The position numbers were made by a program, and so were the translations under genes. A stretch of DNA of 64,000 nucleotides from an uncultured Actinomycetes bacterium (GTDB taxonomy: Bacteria; Actinomycetota; Acidimicrobiia; Spongiisociales; DATADW01): the NCBI GenBank assembly GCA_963824995.1, contig CAWGRK010000017.1, positions 11,143-75,142 of the forward strand. Direction: 5' to 3'. Positions 30,098 to 39,607 of the stretch are shown here, piece after piece. How positions within the stretch are numbered: the stretch's first letter is position 1; the number at the start of each line of letters is the position of its first letter. The notes beneath the pieces were generated by a model that did not search any database, was not told the origin of the DNA, and was given only the letters and a program-made list of their open reading frames with translations.

Positions 30098-31335
30098 GGA
30101 GCTGTGGACGCCTCGATCCCTCGCCGAAGACCATCGGCGAGTTCGTCGACCTGCTCGGTGGTGAGGATCAGTGGTGGGGAGACCTGGAGGGCGCCACCAC
30201 CCATTGCCCGCGTGATGACACCGGCATCGCGGCACGCCGATGCCGTCGCTCCCGCCCTGGACGGGTCGTCTGCGGTGAGCTGCACCGCGCCAAGGACCCC
30301 AACTCCTCCCCTGATGTGGTCCACTGCCTCCAGGTCGGCCAGCGGGGCAAGCGCCGTCTTCAGTTCCCCCTCCAGTTCCCTGGCGCGCTCGAGGACTCCC
30401 TCCCGCTCGATGATGTCGAGGACAACGAGGGCGGCCACGCAGGCGCTGGCATGGCCCGAGTAGGTATATCCGTGGCGCCAGATGACCCCTGGACGTTCGA
30501 AGAACGGCTCAGCGACTCGAGGAGCGGCGATGACCCCTCCGAGCGGCAGGTACCCGGCGGTGACTCCCTTGGCAAATGTGATGATGTCCGGTTGCAGATC
30601 GAAGCGGGTCGAGGCGAACCAGTCACCACACCGTCCGAACCCGGTGATCACCTCGTCGGCGACAAAGAGAGCACCGGCTCGCCGCACCGCCTCGCGCACC
30701 GATGTCAGGTAGCCCTCCGGCGCTGGTCTCACCCCGCCGGCCCCGATGACCGGCTCGCAGATCATCGCCGCCACCCGCTCCGCCCCGACGTGGTCGATCG
30801 CCTTCTCCACCGCCTCGGCGTCGTCATGGGGTACTAGGACCACATCCTCGATGAGCGGCCCGTACCCGATCCGGTTTGGCTCCATCCCACCCAGCGAGGT
30901 GCCGAAACCGTGCATCCCGTGGTATGCCCACTCCCGGGCGATGAGCACGGTCCGCTCGGGCTGACCGATCTCGTGGAAATACCGCCGGGCCAGCTTGGCG
31001 GCGGTGTCCACCGCGTCGGATCCTCCGCTGGTGAGAAACACCTTGCTTCCCTCGATGGGAGCGAGCGATGAGATCCGGTCGGCCAGCTCGAGGGCGGGTG
31101 GCGTGGCGAAGTCGACGAATAGGTGATAGGCGTGGAGCTCTTCCATCTGCCGGGCAACGGCGTCCGCCACTTCCCGACGTCCGTACCCGATGTTGGAGTA
31201 CCACAGCGACGCGGCCCCATCGAGATAGCGGCGCCCGGAATCGTCGAACACGTAAGCGCCTTCGCCGCGGACCACCACGAAGGGATGCTCGGCGACGTGG
31301 GCCATCGGGGCGAATGGATGCCACAAGCTGCCCAT
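30094..31335 (-). CDS. class III (omega) aminotransferase
   Basis: SGGSDAVDTAAKLAR, ADEVITGFGRCG, FAKGVTAGYLPLG (PLP-binding Lys). Confidence 0.85.
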   Translation of the reverse strand: MGSLWHPFAPMAHVAEHPFVVVRGEGAYVFDDSGRRYLDGAASLWYSNIGYGRREVADAVARQMEELHAYHLFVDFATPPALELADRISSLAPIEGSKVFLTSGGSDAVDTAAKLARRYFHEIGQPERTVLIAREWAYHGMHGFGTSLGGMEPNRIGYGPLIEDVVLVPHDDAEAVEKAIDHVGAERVAAMICEPVIGAGGVRPAPEGYLTSVREAVRRAGALFVADEVITGFGRCGDWFASTRFDLQPDIITFAKGVTAGYLPLGGVIAAPRVAEPFFERPGVIWRHGYTYSGHASACVAALVVLDIIEREGVLERARELEGELKTALAPLADLEAVDHIRGGVGVLGAVQLTADDPSRAGATASACRDAGVITRAMGGGALQVSPPLILTTEQVDELADGLRRGIEASTAP

Positions 31336-31348
31336 GGGGGGTTGGACA

Positions 31349-31414
31349 CTAGACGGTGGCTCGCTCGCTTCGCTCGCTCGCCGTTATGGGTGGTGAGTTA
31401 TGGGTTGTGAGTTC
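31349..31414 (+). repeat. intergenic composite repeat, copy 1 (TAGACGG + GCTCGCTCGC x2 + GTTATGGGT x2)
   Basis: tagacggtggctcgctcgcttcgctcgctcgccgttatgggtggtgagttatgggttgtgagtt. A related copy lies at 38700-38755. Confidence 0.8.
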
Positions 31415-31480
31415 AACCCCGGCAGGAGGCAGTCGGCGAACCACCGAAGACTTACGACTTCCTTGGCATACTGCCGGACC

Positions 31481-33101
31481 ATGCCGGCCAGCCTCGCCTT
31501 CGTCAACGGAGCGGTCTTCACCGCCGACGCGGCACGCAGCTGGTGTCGAGCCCTGGCGGTCGAGGGTGGCCGGATTACCGCCGTCGGCAGCGACAGAGAG
31601 ATTGCCGAGCACATCGTGACCGGGACAGACGTCGTAGATCTCGACGGCCGTCTGCTCCTCCCCGGGTTCCAGGACGCCCACTGCCACCCCGTCACCTCCG
31701 GGCTGGAACTGCTCGGGCTGGCCATGTTGGGGATAGAGACCCGATCCGAATCGCTCGAGGCGGTCGCCGCATATGTCGCCGACCACCCGGAGAAGGAGTG
31801 GATCCTCGGCGGCGGTTGGTCGATGGGGGCCTTCCCCGGTGGAACCCCCGTGAGGGAAGATCTCGATGCGATCGTTCCCGACCGACCCGTCTTCCTCACC
31901 AATCGAGACGGCCACGGCGCCTGGGTCAACAGCCGCGCCCTCGAGATCGCCGGTTTGGACGATGGCACCCCCGATCCTCCCGATGGCCGAATCGAGCGAC
32001 GCCCCGACGGTACCCCTGCGGGCACCCTCCAAGAGGGGGCGATGGCGCTGGTCCGGCGTCATCAGCCCCCAACCACCGAATCAGAGTGGCGCGACGCCCT
32101 CGAAGCGGGTCAGCGGTACATGCTCGATCTCGGGATCACCGGATGGCAGGACGCCTCGGTCGAAAGCGACGTGGAGGGTGCTTACCGATGGGCCTCAGCC
32201 AATGGGAAGCTGCAGACGCGCGTCGTCGGTTCTCTGTGGTGGGAGCGGGACCGGGGATCCGAGCAGATCGAAGAGTTGACTGAGAGGCGAGGGGTCACCG
32301 GTCGGTTCTCGCCAACCACGGTCAAGCTCATGCTCGATGGGGTCGCCGAGAATTTCACCGCCGCAATGCTCGAGCCGTACCTCACCGAGGAGGGCCGGCC
32401 ATCGGAGCGCAGCGGGATCGACTTCATCGACCCTGTCAAGCTCCGGGCTTACGTCGCCGCACTCGACGCGGCCGGGTTCCAATGTCACTTCCACGCCATC
32501 GGCGACCGCGCCGTCCGTAGCGCACTCGATGCCGTGGGTGCCGCCCGCGGTGCCAACGGGTGGAGCGACCTCCGCCACCACGTGGCTCACATCCAGGTCA
32601 TCCACCCCGACGATCTACCCCGCTTCCGCCGGTTCGGTGTCGCAGCCAACGCCCAGCCCCTATGGGCCCAACACGAGGAGTACCAGCGCGACCTGACCAT
32701 CCCCTACCTGGGAGAACCGCGCTCGGCGCTGGCAGTACCCCTTCGCCAGCCTGGTCCGCAACGGCGTCACGCTCGCCTTTGGGAGCGATTGGAGCGTTTC
32801 AACCGCCGACCCATGGAAGATCCTCGAGGTTGCGGTCCGCCGCATCGACCCGGGCAATCGGGGCGTCGACCCCTTCCTGCCCGACGAGCGGTTGGATCTC
32901 CCCACTGCACTGGCTGCCGCTACCGCAGGGTCGGCTTGGGTCAACCACCTCGATCAGGAGACCGGGACCATCGAGGCGGGAAAGTTCGCCGACCTCGTCG
33001 TGGCCGACCGCGACCCCTTCGAGGTAATGGATGCGATCGGGGACACCCGGACGGCAGCGACGCTGATCGAGGGGGAGGTGGTGGCGGGTTCTCTTCCGTG
33101 A
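31481..33101 (+). pseudogene. amidohydrolase-3 family metal-dependent hydrolase, one +1 frame break near 32729 as sequenced
   Basis: FQDAHCHP, NRDGHGAWVNS, HFHAIGDRA and HVAHIQVI are in frame 2. WQYPFASLVRNGVTLAFGSDWSVS...GTIEAGKFADLVV is in frame 0. Confidence 0.75.
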
Positions 33102-33145
33102 GTCCCCGCTCGATGCCCGGGCGGTCCTCGGCTCGCCGCGGCAAC

Positions 33146-33799
33146 TTAGCTCCGCTTGACCAGCCTCTCCACCGCACGGTGCCCGTTGCCAGTGCTCGGC
33201 GTTGCGATCGAGCGATCGAGCACCCGGTCGACCAACCCGTAACCAACCGCTTCCTCGGCGGTCATCCACCGGTCGCGGTCGGTGTCCAACTCGATCTGCT
33301 CCCTGGATTGGCCGGTGTGCATCGCGAGAATGTCGAGCATCTGCTGCTTCATCCGGATCACCTCGCGGGCGTGGATCTCGATGTCGCTCGCCTGCCCTTG
33401 AAGCTGACCGGTGATCACCGGCTGGTGGATGAGGACCCGGGAGTGCGGGAGTGCGGCCCTCTTTCCGGGTGCGCCGCCGGCGAGGATGACCGCCCCTGCC
33501 GATGCCGCCAGACCCACACAGGTGGTGGCGACGTCGGGGCGGACGTGCTGCGTGGCGTCGTAGATCGCCATCATCGCCGACATCTCGCCGCCGGGTGAGT
33601 TGACGTAGAGGTTGATGTCCCTTTCTGGATCGTCGGCCTCGAGATGGAGTAATTGGGCCACGATCAGGTTGGCGACCTGATCGTCGATTTCCGATCCGAG
33701 GAACACCACCCTCGAACCGAGGAGGCGGGAGTAGAGGTCGACGGCCCGCTCGCCGCGCGGCGTGTCTTCGATGACGGTGGGGACGAGCAGTTGGACCAT
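33146..33799 (-). CDS. clpP: ATP-dependent Clp protease proteolytic subunit
   Basis: [26 protein letters not shown] (Ser), IHQP (His). Has a short C-terminal extension. Confidence 0.9.
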   Translation of the reverse strand: MVQLLVPTVIEDTPRGERAVDLYSRLLGSRVVFLGSEIDDQVANLIVAQLLHLEADDPERDINLYVNSPGGEMSAMMAIYDATQHVRPDVATTCVGLAASAGAVILAGGAPGKRAALPHSRVLIHQPVITGQLQGQASDIEIHAREVIRMKQQMLDILAMHTGQSREQIELDTDRDRWMTAEEAVGYGLVDRVLDRSIATPSTGNGHRAVERLVKRS

Positions 33800-33813
33800 T
33801 GGCGACCTCCTTG

Positions 33814-33877
33814 CGCAACCAGGCGGTTGCGGTTCATCATATGACCCCGGGTGCTAACCTGCAACCGTGGAGTTGCA
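33814..33877. promoter_or_regulatory. two GCAAC-N(4-6)-GTTGC palindromes in the clpP / SRPBCC-arsR divergent region (candidate ArsR-family operator)
   Basis: CGCAACC-aggc-GGTTGCG at 33814-33831. TGCAAC-cgtgga-GTTGCA at 33860-33877; this second one overlaps the GTG start of the SRPBCC gene. Confidence 0.3.
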
Positions 33878-34277
33878 AGACGAGCCCAAGGTGGTCCGAC
33901 GTCTCGTGATCGAGCTAGGGCCCGAACGGGTGTGGGAGGTGGTGACCGGATCGTTGGGCGACTGGCTCGGCGGCGACATCGACATCGACCTCCGGCCGGG
34001 GGGCAAGATCGATTTCCGCTCGACGCAGCGGCGCGAGGGTGTCGTCGAGGTGTTCGAGCCGGGGCGCCGGTTGACGTGGCGCTGGTGGGAGGAGGGCGAC
34101 GAGGACGGCGCCACCGACACCGTGGTGGAACTGGCCATTGCCGAAACCGACCAGGGAAGCATCCTCACCATCACCGAGACGCGGTCGCCCGCTTGGACCT
34201 GGGAAGTCGTCGAGACGACATGGATCGACCCGCCGTCATCCGATCTTGGTGGGATCCTCGCCCTCGCCGGTCGATGA
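33867..34277 (+). CDS. SRPBCC / Aha1-like domain protein
   Basis: Pattern V.R.V.....ERVWEV......WL.....D.RPGG...F is typical of ArsR-linked SRPBCC proteins. GTG start. Confidence 0.6.
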   Translation: MELQDEPKVVRRLVIELGPERVWEVVTGSLGDWLGGDIDIDLRPGGKIDFRSTQRREGVVEVFEPGRRLTWRWWEEGDEDGATDTVVELAIAETDQGSILTITETRSPAWTWEVVETTWIDPPSSDLGGILALAGR

Positions 34278-34609
34278 GCATCGAGGCGGTGTTCTCGGCG
34301 CTGGCCGACCCCACCAGACGGTTGGTCCTGCAGCGGGTGGCTCAACAAGGAGACGTAACCGCCACCGAGTTGGCCTCCCATCTTCCTGTCAGCAGGCAGG
34401 CGGTCTCCAAGCACCTCGAGGCGCTTGGCGCCGCCGGGCTGATCCATGGCTCGAAGGTCGGACGTGAGGTCCAATACCGGGTCACGCCCGAGCCGCTCAC
34501 CGGGGCGGTGCGATGGATGCTCGACGTTGGGTCCGAGTGGGACGACCGGGTGACCCGGCTGCGGTCCCTTCTCGAGCCCGATCAAGGTTTGGCGTCAACC
34601 GAGGGTTGA
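34274..34609 (+). CDS. ArsR/SmtB-family transcriptional regulator
   Basis: FSALADPTRRLVLQRV...TATELASHLPVSRQAVSKHLEAL. ATGA overlap with the SRPBCC gene. Confidence 0.8.
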   Translation: MSIEAVFSALADPTRRLVLQRVAQQGDVTATELASHLPVSRQAVSKHLEALGAAGLIHGSKVGREVQYRVTPEPLTGAVRWMLDVGSEWDDRVTRLRSLLEPDQGLASTEG

Positions 34610-34701
34610 TACCGCGTCGAGCGACGCCAAAAACACGAGGTGTCTCTCGGGCGACCTGACGTGGAACGCTTCCCTATCCTCTCCGAACCCTGAACAAAGA
34701 G

Positions 34702-35778
34702 GTGGGGTTGGCCGAGTCGGCGGTCGAGCTCGACGGTGTCGTAAAGCGGTTCGGCGACGTCGTGGCGGTGGAGGAGCTCCATCTCTCCATCGCCGACGGC
34801 GAATTCTTCTCGCTTTTGGGGCCTTCCGGATGCGGCAAGACCACCACCCTCCGCATGATCGCGGGCCTCGAGTTCCCCACCGAGGGGAGCATCCGGGTCC
34901 ATGGGTTCGACATGGGGCTCCGCCCGCCCAACGAGCGGCCCATAAACACCGTGTTCCAGTCCTACGCCCTCTTCCCCCACATGACCGTCGCCGGGAACAT
35001 CGCCTTCGGGCTGGAGATGAAGAAGGTGCCGAAGTCCCAGGTCAAGGAGCGGGTAGAGCGCACCATCGACCTGGTGAGGCTTGCCGGGATGGAGGACCGC
35101 AAGCCAAGGCAGCTATCCGGTGGTCAGCAACAGCGGGTGGCGCTGGCAAGGGCGCTGGTCAACGAGCCGCAGGTGCTTCTCCTCGACGAGCCGCTGGGCG
35201 CACTCGACCTCAAGCTGCGTGAGGCCATGCAGCTCGAGCTCAGGGACCTGCAACAGCGGGTTGGGATCACCTTCATCTACGTAACCCACGACCAGGAGGA
35301 AGCGCTCACCATGTCCAACCGGATCGGGGTGATGAATCACGGCCGGCTGCTCCAGGTCGGGCCGCCCGAGGAGATCTACGAGCGCCCCGCCGACCGGTTC
35401 GTGGCCGGTTTCATCGGCGAGACCAACTTCATCGACGGGAAGGTCGTCGAGGACGGGAGGGTTTCGATAGCCGATGGGCTAGTGGTGGGTGCGGTGACCA
35501 CGAGCGCCCCCGGGACCGACGTGACCCTCCTCTTGCGACCGGAAAGCGTGACGATTTACGGCTCGGAACACGACGTCCCCGCTGGTCTGGTGCGGCTCGA
35601 AGGCAAGGTACGGCGCCGGCTCTACTACGGCGACACCCTTTATTACGAGGTGGACCTCGATGCCGGGCCCCTGGTCGACGCCCGAATGGAGAACATCGGC
35701 GGCATCAGGCGTTATGAGTCGGGGGATCGGGTGGTGATCTCCTTCGCACCCGACGCAGCAGACGCCCTGGAGAACTGA
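34702..35778 (+). CDS. potA: spermidine/putrescine ABC transporter ATP-binding protein
   Basis: Walker A GPSGCGKTT, signature LSGGQQQRVALARAL, Walker B LLLDEPL, TOBE-like C-terminus. Confidence 0.9.
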   Translation: MGLAESAVELDGVVKRFGDVVAVEELHLSIADGEFFSLLGPSGCGKTTTLRMIAGLEFPTEGSIRVHGFDMGLRPPNERPINTVFQSYALFPHMTVAGNIAFGLEMKKVPKSQVKERVERTIDLVRLAGMEDRKPRQLSGGQQQRVALARALVNEPQVLLLDEPLGALDLKLREAMQLELRDLQQRVGITFIYVTHDQEEALTMSNRIGVMNHGRLLQVGPPEEIYERPADRFVAGFIGETNFIDGKVVEDGRVSIADGLVVGAVTTSAPGTDVTLLLRPESVTIYGSEHDVPAGLVRLEGKVRRRLYYGDTLYYEVDLDAGPLVDARMENIGGIRRYESGDRVVISFAPDAADALEN

Positions 35779-35785
35779 GCAGGGG

Positions 35786-36664
35786 ATGGCAACGCCGGTG
35801 GTAACACCCGAATTGGAAGCAGCCGCCGAGAGGGCCGAATCCCGTCGTGGCTTCCTGTTGGCGATCCCCGGCTGGGTCTACCTGATCATCTTCTTCGCCA
35901 TTCCGCTCGCCATAGTCGTCGTGTACTCGTTCGCCTCGCGCAGCGCCACGGGGCAGACCCTGCTCGAGGATTGGAACCTCGACTCGTACCAGAGACTGGC
36001 TTCGTCGCTGGTGGTCGAGGTGGTCTTCCGCTCGCTTTGGTTGGCGGCGGCGACGACTGTCATCTGCCTTCTGCTCGGTTACCCATTCGCCTACTACATC
36101 GCTACCAGGGGAACGACGATGCGGAATGTGCTGCTTGTCCTGGTGCTCATCCCCTTCTGGTCCAACTTCCTGGTGCGCACCTATGCCTGGAGGATGCTGC
36201 TCGGTTCTGAGGGCCCGATATCTCAACTGAGCCAATTGCTCGGGATGGGAGAGATCAGGTTGCTGTTCACCACCACCGCCGTGTTGGTGGGCCTGGTGTA
36301 CGGCTTTCTGCCGTTCATGGTGCTCCCGCTATATGCAGCGATCGAACGGATCGACTGGAGCCTGGTAGAGGCTGGTCGAGATCTATACGCATCCGGATGG
36401 AACGCCTTCCGCCGGATCACCTGGCCCCTTTCTCGACCGGGGGTGATCGCCGGGAGCGTGCTCGTCTTCATCCCGTCCCTTGGCGCATACGTCACCCCCG
36501 AGATACTGGGCGGCGCCCGAACCACTCTCCTCGGGAGCTTCGTCGTATCCCAGTTCCTCGCGGCGCGCAACTGGCCGTTTGGTTCGGCGCTGTCGGTGGC
36601 CATCCTCGCCGTGATGCTCGGGGCGACCATGGTCTACTTCCGCACCGGGGGCCGCACGTTGTGA
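35786..36664 (+). CDS. potB: polyamine ABC transporter permease
   Basis: 6 TM helices with an EAA-type loop (EAGRDLYASGWNAFRRITWPLSRPG). Confidence 0.85.
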   Translation: MATPVVTPELEAAAERAESRRGFLLAIPGWVYLIIFFAIPLAIVVVYSFASRSATGQTLLEDWNLDSYQRLASSLVVEVVFRSLWLAAATTVICLLLGYPFAYYIATRGTTMRNVLLVLVLIPFWSNFLVRTYAWRMLLGSEGPISQLSQLLGMGEIRLLFTTTAVLVGLVYGFLPFMVLPLYAAIERIDWSLVEAGRDLYASGWNAFRRITWPLSRPGVIAGSVLVFIPSLGAYVTPEILGGARTTLLGSFVVSQFLAARNWPFGSALSVAILAVMLGATMVYFRTGGRTL

Positions 36665-37509
36665 GGGAGGGGACCCGGCCCAGCGGTGTGGTTCAGCGGC
36701 TGTTGGGGCTCCAGGCCTGGCTCGTGTTCCTATTCCTCTACGCCCCGATCATCGTTCTGATCGTCTACTCGTTCAACGACAACCGCAATGTCGGGGTGTG
36801 GACCCGTCCGTCGCTCCGCTGGTACGAGGCGATGCTCCAGGACGACAACGTCCTACGGTCGCTCCGCAACTCGTTGGTAGTCGCCCTGGTTTCGACCATC
36901 GTCGCCACCGTCCTGGGCACGGCGGCGGGCCTGGCCCTGGAGCGGTACAAATTCCGCGGGCAACGGGCGTACGACGGGCTGCTCTACCTACCGATCATCA
37001 TCCCCGACGTGACCATGGCGGTGATGCTCCTCTTGTTCTTCACCCAAGCCTTTGCCATCGTCAACGGAGCGATCGGCACCAGGCTAAACCTGGGGCTCAC
37101 CTCGATATCACTGGCGCACATCGCCTTCAACATCTCTTTCGTCGCCGTGGTGGTCCGTGCCCGACTAGGCCAGATGGACGCCCACCTCGAGGAGGCCGCC
37201 TCCGACCTCTATGCCAACCGATGGTCGACGTTCCGCAGAGTGACGCTTCCGTTGATCATGCCTGGCGTGGCGGGCGGCGCACTGCTGGCCCTGACAATCT
37301 CGCTCGACGATGTCGTCGTCACCAGCTTCGTCACCGGCCCGGGGTCGACGACCCTCCCGGTGTACGTCTTCGGTCTGGTTCGACGCGGGGTGTCGCCCTT
37401 GATCAATGCGGTATCTACCGTGATGTTGGTGGCGTCGATGATCCTCGTCGGAGTCTCACTCGGTTTTCAGCGACGGACCAGGCCAGCGGCAGTGGTAGGA
37501 CAGGAGTGA
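36661..37509 (+). CDS. potC: polyamine ABC transporter permease
   Basis: GTG 36661 overlaps the potB stop (GTGA). EAA loop EEAASDLYANRWSTFRRVTLPLIMPG. Confidence 0.85.
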   Translation: MREGTRPSGVVQRLLGLQAWLVFLFLYAPIIVLIVYSFNDNRNVGVWTRPSLRWYEAMLQDDNVLRSLRNSLVVALVSTIVATVLGTAAGLALERYKFRGQRAYDGLLYLPIIIPDVTMAVMLLLFFTQAFAIVNGAIGTRLNLGLTSISLAHIAFNISFVAVVVRARLGQMDAHLEEAASDLYANRWSTFRRVTLPLIMPGVAGGALLALTISLDDVVVTSFVTGPGSTTLPVYVFGLVRRGVSPLINAVSTVMLVASMILVGVSLGFQRRTRPAAVVGQE

Positions 37510-37513
37510 TCCC

Positions 37514-38692
37514 ATGAACCGGAAACCCGTTCGTTCCTTGTGGTCTCTATTGGCGGTGCTAGCCCTAGTGGTCGCCGCTTGCGGCGGTGACGACGGCGAC
37601 GGAGCCGGCACCACAGTTGCGGGGGGTGGCGCCGGCACCACGGTTGCGGGCGGCGCCGGCACCACAGTTGCCGCGGCCGGTGAGGCACCGGCATGCGAGC
37701 CGGGTCAGACCGATGGCGATCTCAATCTCTACAACTGGTCGGATTACATCGACCCCGAGTTGCTCACTGCTTTCGAGGAGGAGTCCGGGGTGGCCGTCAG
37801 CGAGACGTTCTACGACTCCAACGAGACGATGCTGGCTCAGATCCAGACCGGCGCCGTGTACGACCTGATCGTTCCATCCGACTACATGGTTCAGATAATG
37901 ATCACCGACGGCTTGCTGCTGCCGCTGCAGAAAGATGCCATACCGAACATCGACAATCTGGCCGAGGAGTTCCAGGCCCCGCCATACGACCCGGACCTCA
38001 CCTATTCCGTGGGCTACCAATGGGGAACCACCGGTCTCGGGGTTGATACCGAGGTGGTCGGCACCGATTTCCCCGCGAGTTGGGCACTGGTGTTCGACCC
38101 GGAAGTGACCGAACCGTACGCCGGCCAGATCTCGCTACTCAACGACGCTCGGGAGACTTTGGGAGCCGCCCTCAAGTACCTCGGCTACTCGCTCAACAGC
38201 GAGAGCCAGGAGGAGGTGGACGCCGCCGCCGCGCTGATCAGCGACAACATCGACCGGATCACCAAGTTCGACTCAGACCTCTACACCGACGATCTGGTCA
38301 ATGGCGAGGTGGCGGTCTCGCACGGCTACAGCGGGAACTTCTTCACCGCCTTCGCCGCCACCGACAACCCAGAGCGTTATGCCTATGTCATCCCCGAGGA
38401 GGGCGCCACCCTGTGGACGGACAACATGGCGATCCCCGCCGGAGCGGAGCATCCATGTACTGCTCACGCCTTCATCAACTTCCTGCTGGACGCCGAACGG
38501 GGGGCTCAGTTGACCAACTGGAACTACTACGCGAGCCCGAACGGGGCCTCCGCCGAGTTCATCCTCCCCGAAGTCCTCGAAGACCCCACCATCTACCCGC
38601 CGCCGGACATCAGAGACGGACTCGAGATCATCCACAACACCGGGGACTTCGAGATCGCCTACACCGACGCCTTTGCAGCGGCGAGGAGTTGA
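37514..38692 (+). CDS. potD: polyamine ABC transporter substrate-binding lipoprotein
   Basis: Lipobox LVVAAC. LNLYNWSDYIDPELL, VPSDYMV, TLWTDNMAIP. The linker carries 3 tandem GAGTTVAGG repeats. Confidence 0.85.
   Translation: MNRKPVRSLWSLLAVLALVVAACGGDDGDGAGTTVAGGGAGTTVAGGAGTTVAAAGEAPACEPGQTDGDLNLYNWSDYIDPELLTAFEEESGVAVSETFYDSNETMLAQIQTGAVYDLIVPSDYMVQIMITDGLLLPLQKDAIPNIDNLAEEFQAPPYDPDLTYSVGYQWGTTGLGVDTEVVGTDFPASWALVFDPEVTEPYAGQISLLNDARETLGAALKYLGYSLNSESQEEVDAAAALISDNIDRITKFDSDLYTDDLVNGEVAVSHGYSGNFFTAFAATDNPERYAYVIPEEGATLWTDNMAIPAGAEHPCTAHAFINFLLDAERGAQLTNWNYYASPNGASAEFILPEVLEDPTIYPPPDIRDGLEIIHNTGDFEIAYTDAFAAARS
37601..37676 (+). repeat. in-frame tandem repeat (24-27 bp x3) in the potD lipoprotein linker
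   Basis: gccggcaccacRgttgc occurs at 37604, 37631 and 37655, encoding GAGTTVAGG three times. Confidence 0.85.
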
Positions 38693-38699
38693 GAGAGGA

Positions 38700-38755
38700 G
38701 GCTCGCTCGCTGGGCTCGCTCGCGTTATGGTTCGTGGGTCGTGGGTTATGGGTTT
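38700..38755 (+). repeat. intergenic composite repeat, copy 2
   Basis: ggctcgctcgctgggctcgctcgcgttatggttcgtgggtcgtgggttatgggttt. It lies just after the potD stop and overlaps the last codons of the convergent grpB-family gene. Confidence 0.8.
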
Positions 38756-39495
38756 AGACCCTCGAGGACGTCGAGGATGAAGGCGGTCTTGGCGTCGGTG
38801 TAGGCGTAGCGGTCGTCCTTCCACAGCGTCGCCAATTCCATCTTGAGCCGTCCGTACGCGGCCGCCACATCGGGGTGATTCCGGAGGTGGTCGCGGAACG
38901 CAATGTGGTCGCGCTCCCACGTGCCGCCGGCATCGCAGACGTGGATCTGAACGACACGTGGCTGATCGGATGGCGGTCGGAAATAGCGGTGTTTGTCGTC
39001 GCGGGAGCGGAGTGGGACCCCGGTCGATTCGATGGCCGGCACATACTGACCCTCGTCTTCGATGTCGGCGACGCTCACCTCGATGTCGACAATCGGTTTG
39101 GCTGCCAGACCGGGAACGGCTGTGGAGCCGACATGCTCGATGCAGGTGGCGGCCGGGCCTAGCGCCTTGGCAAGGCGACGACGCCACAACTCAAATGTCT
39201 TGGGCCATTCCTCGTTGTAGGGGACGACCTCGATGGGGGTCCTCGAAATCGGTCCCAGAATCTCGATCCCAGGAAACTGCACTGCGAGCACCTCCGCCGC
39301 CAAGCGCGATCTGATCGCCGGATCGAGATCGGCGACCTCGATGAGCCTCCGCTGCGCCTCCAACTCGTAACGATCGACCAGGGTGGTTCGCCGTCCAAAG
39401 TGCTCGAAGAGTCGGCGCCATGCCGCGGCGGGATCACCGATGTCATCGGGATCGACCCCGATCTCGCCCAACCTGGCGGCGAGGCCGGGATTCAT
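38746..39495 (-). CDS. GrpB-family (UPF0157) protein with an N-terminal extension
   Basis: VVPYNEEWPKTFE, IEHVGSTAVPGLAAKPIVDI, HVCDAG...ERDHIAFRDHLRNHP. Confidence 0.7.
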   Translation of the reverse strand: MNPGLAARLGEIGVDPDDIGDPAAAWRRLFEHFGRRTTLVDRYELEAQRRLIEVADLDPAIRSRLAAEVLAVQFPGIEILGPISRTPIEVVPYNEEWPKTFELWRRRLAKALGPAATCIEHVGSTAVPGLAAKPIVDIEVSVADIEDEGQYVPAIESTGVPLRSRDDKHRYFRPPSDQPRVVQIHVCDAGGTWERDHIAFRDHLRNHPDVAAAYGRLKMELATLWKDDRYAYTDAKTAFILDVLEGLNP

Positions 39496-39607
39496 TCTCG
39501 AGATGGTAGGTAGCGGTCCGCCCTGGATGGGTCGGCCGAGCCGGTGGGGTTCCGGCGCCGCGCACGTCGATGCCACGTGCAAAGATCAGGCGGCGGGAAG
39601 GGATGGG

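Noticed and set aside
31400-31480. N-terminal extension of the amidohydrolase from ATG 31400 (track ORF 31400-33598, 732 aa).
   Set aside because: The ATG lies inside the GTTATGGGT repeat element, and the first 27 residues are not protein-like. ATG 31481 (MPASLAFVNGAVF) fits the family N-terminus. The C-terminal ~170 aa of the track ORF are out-of-frame read-through across clpP.
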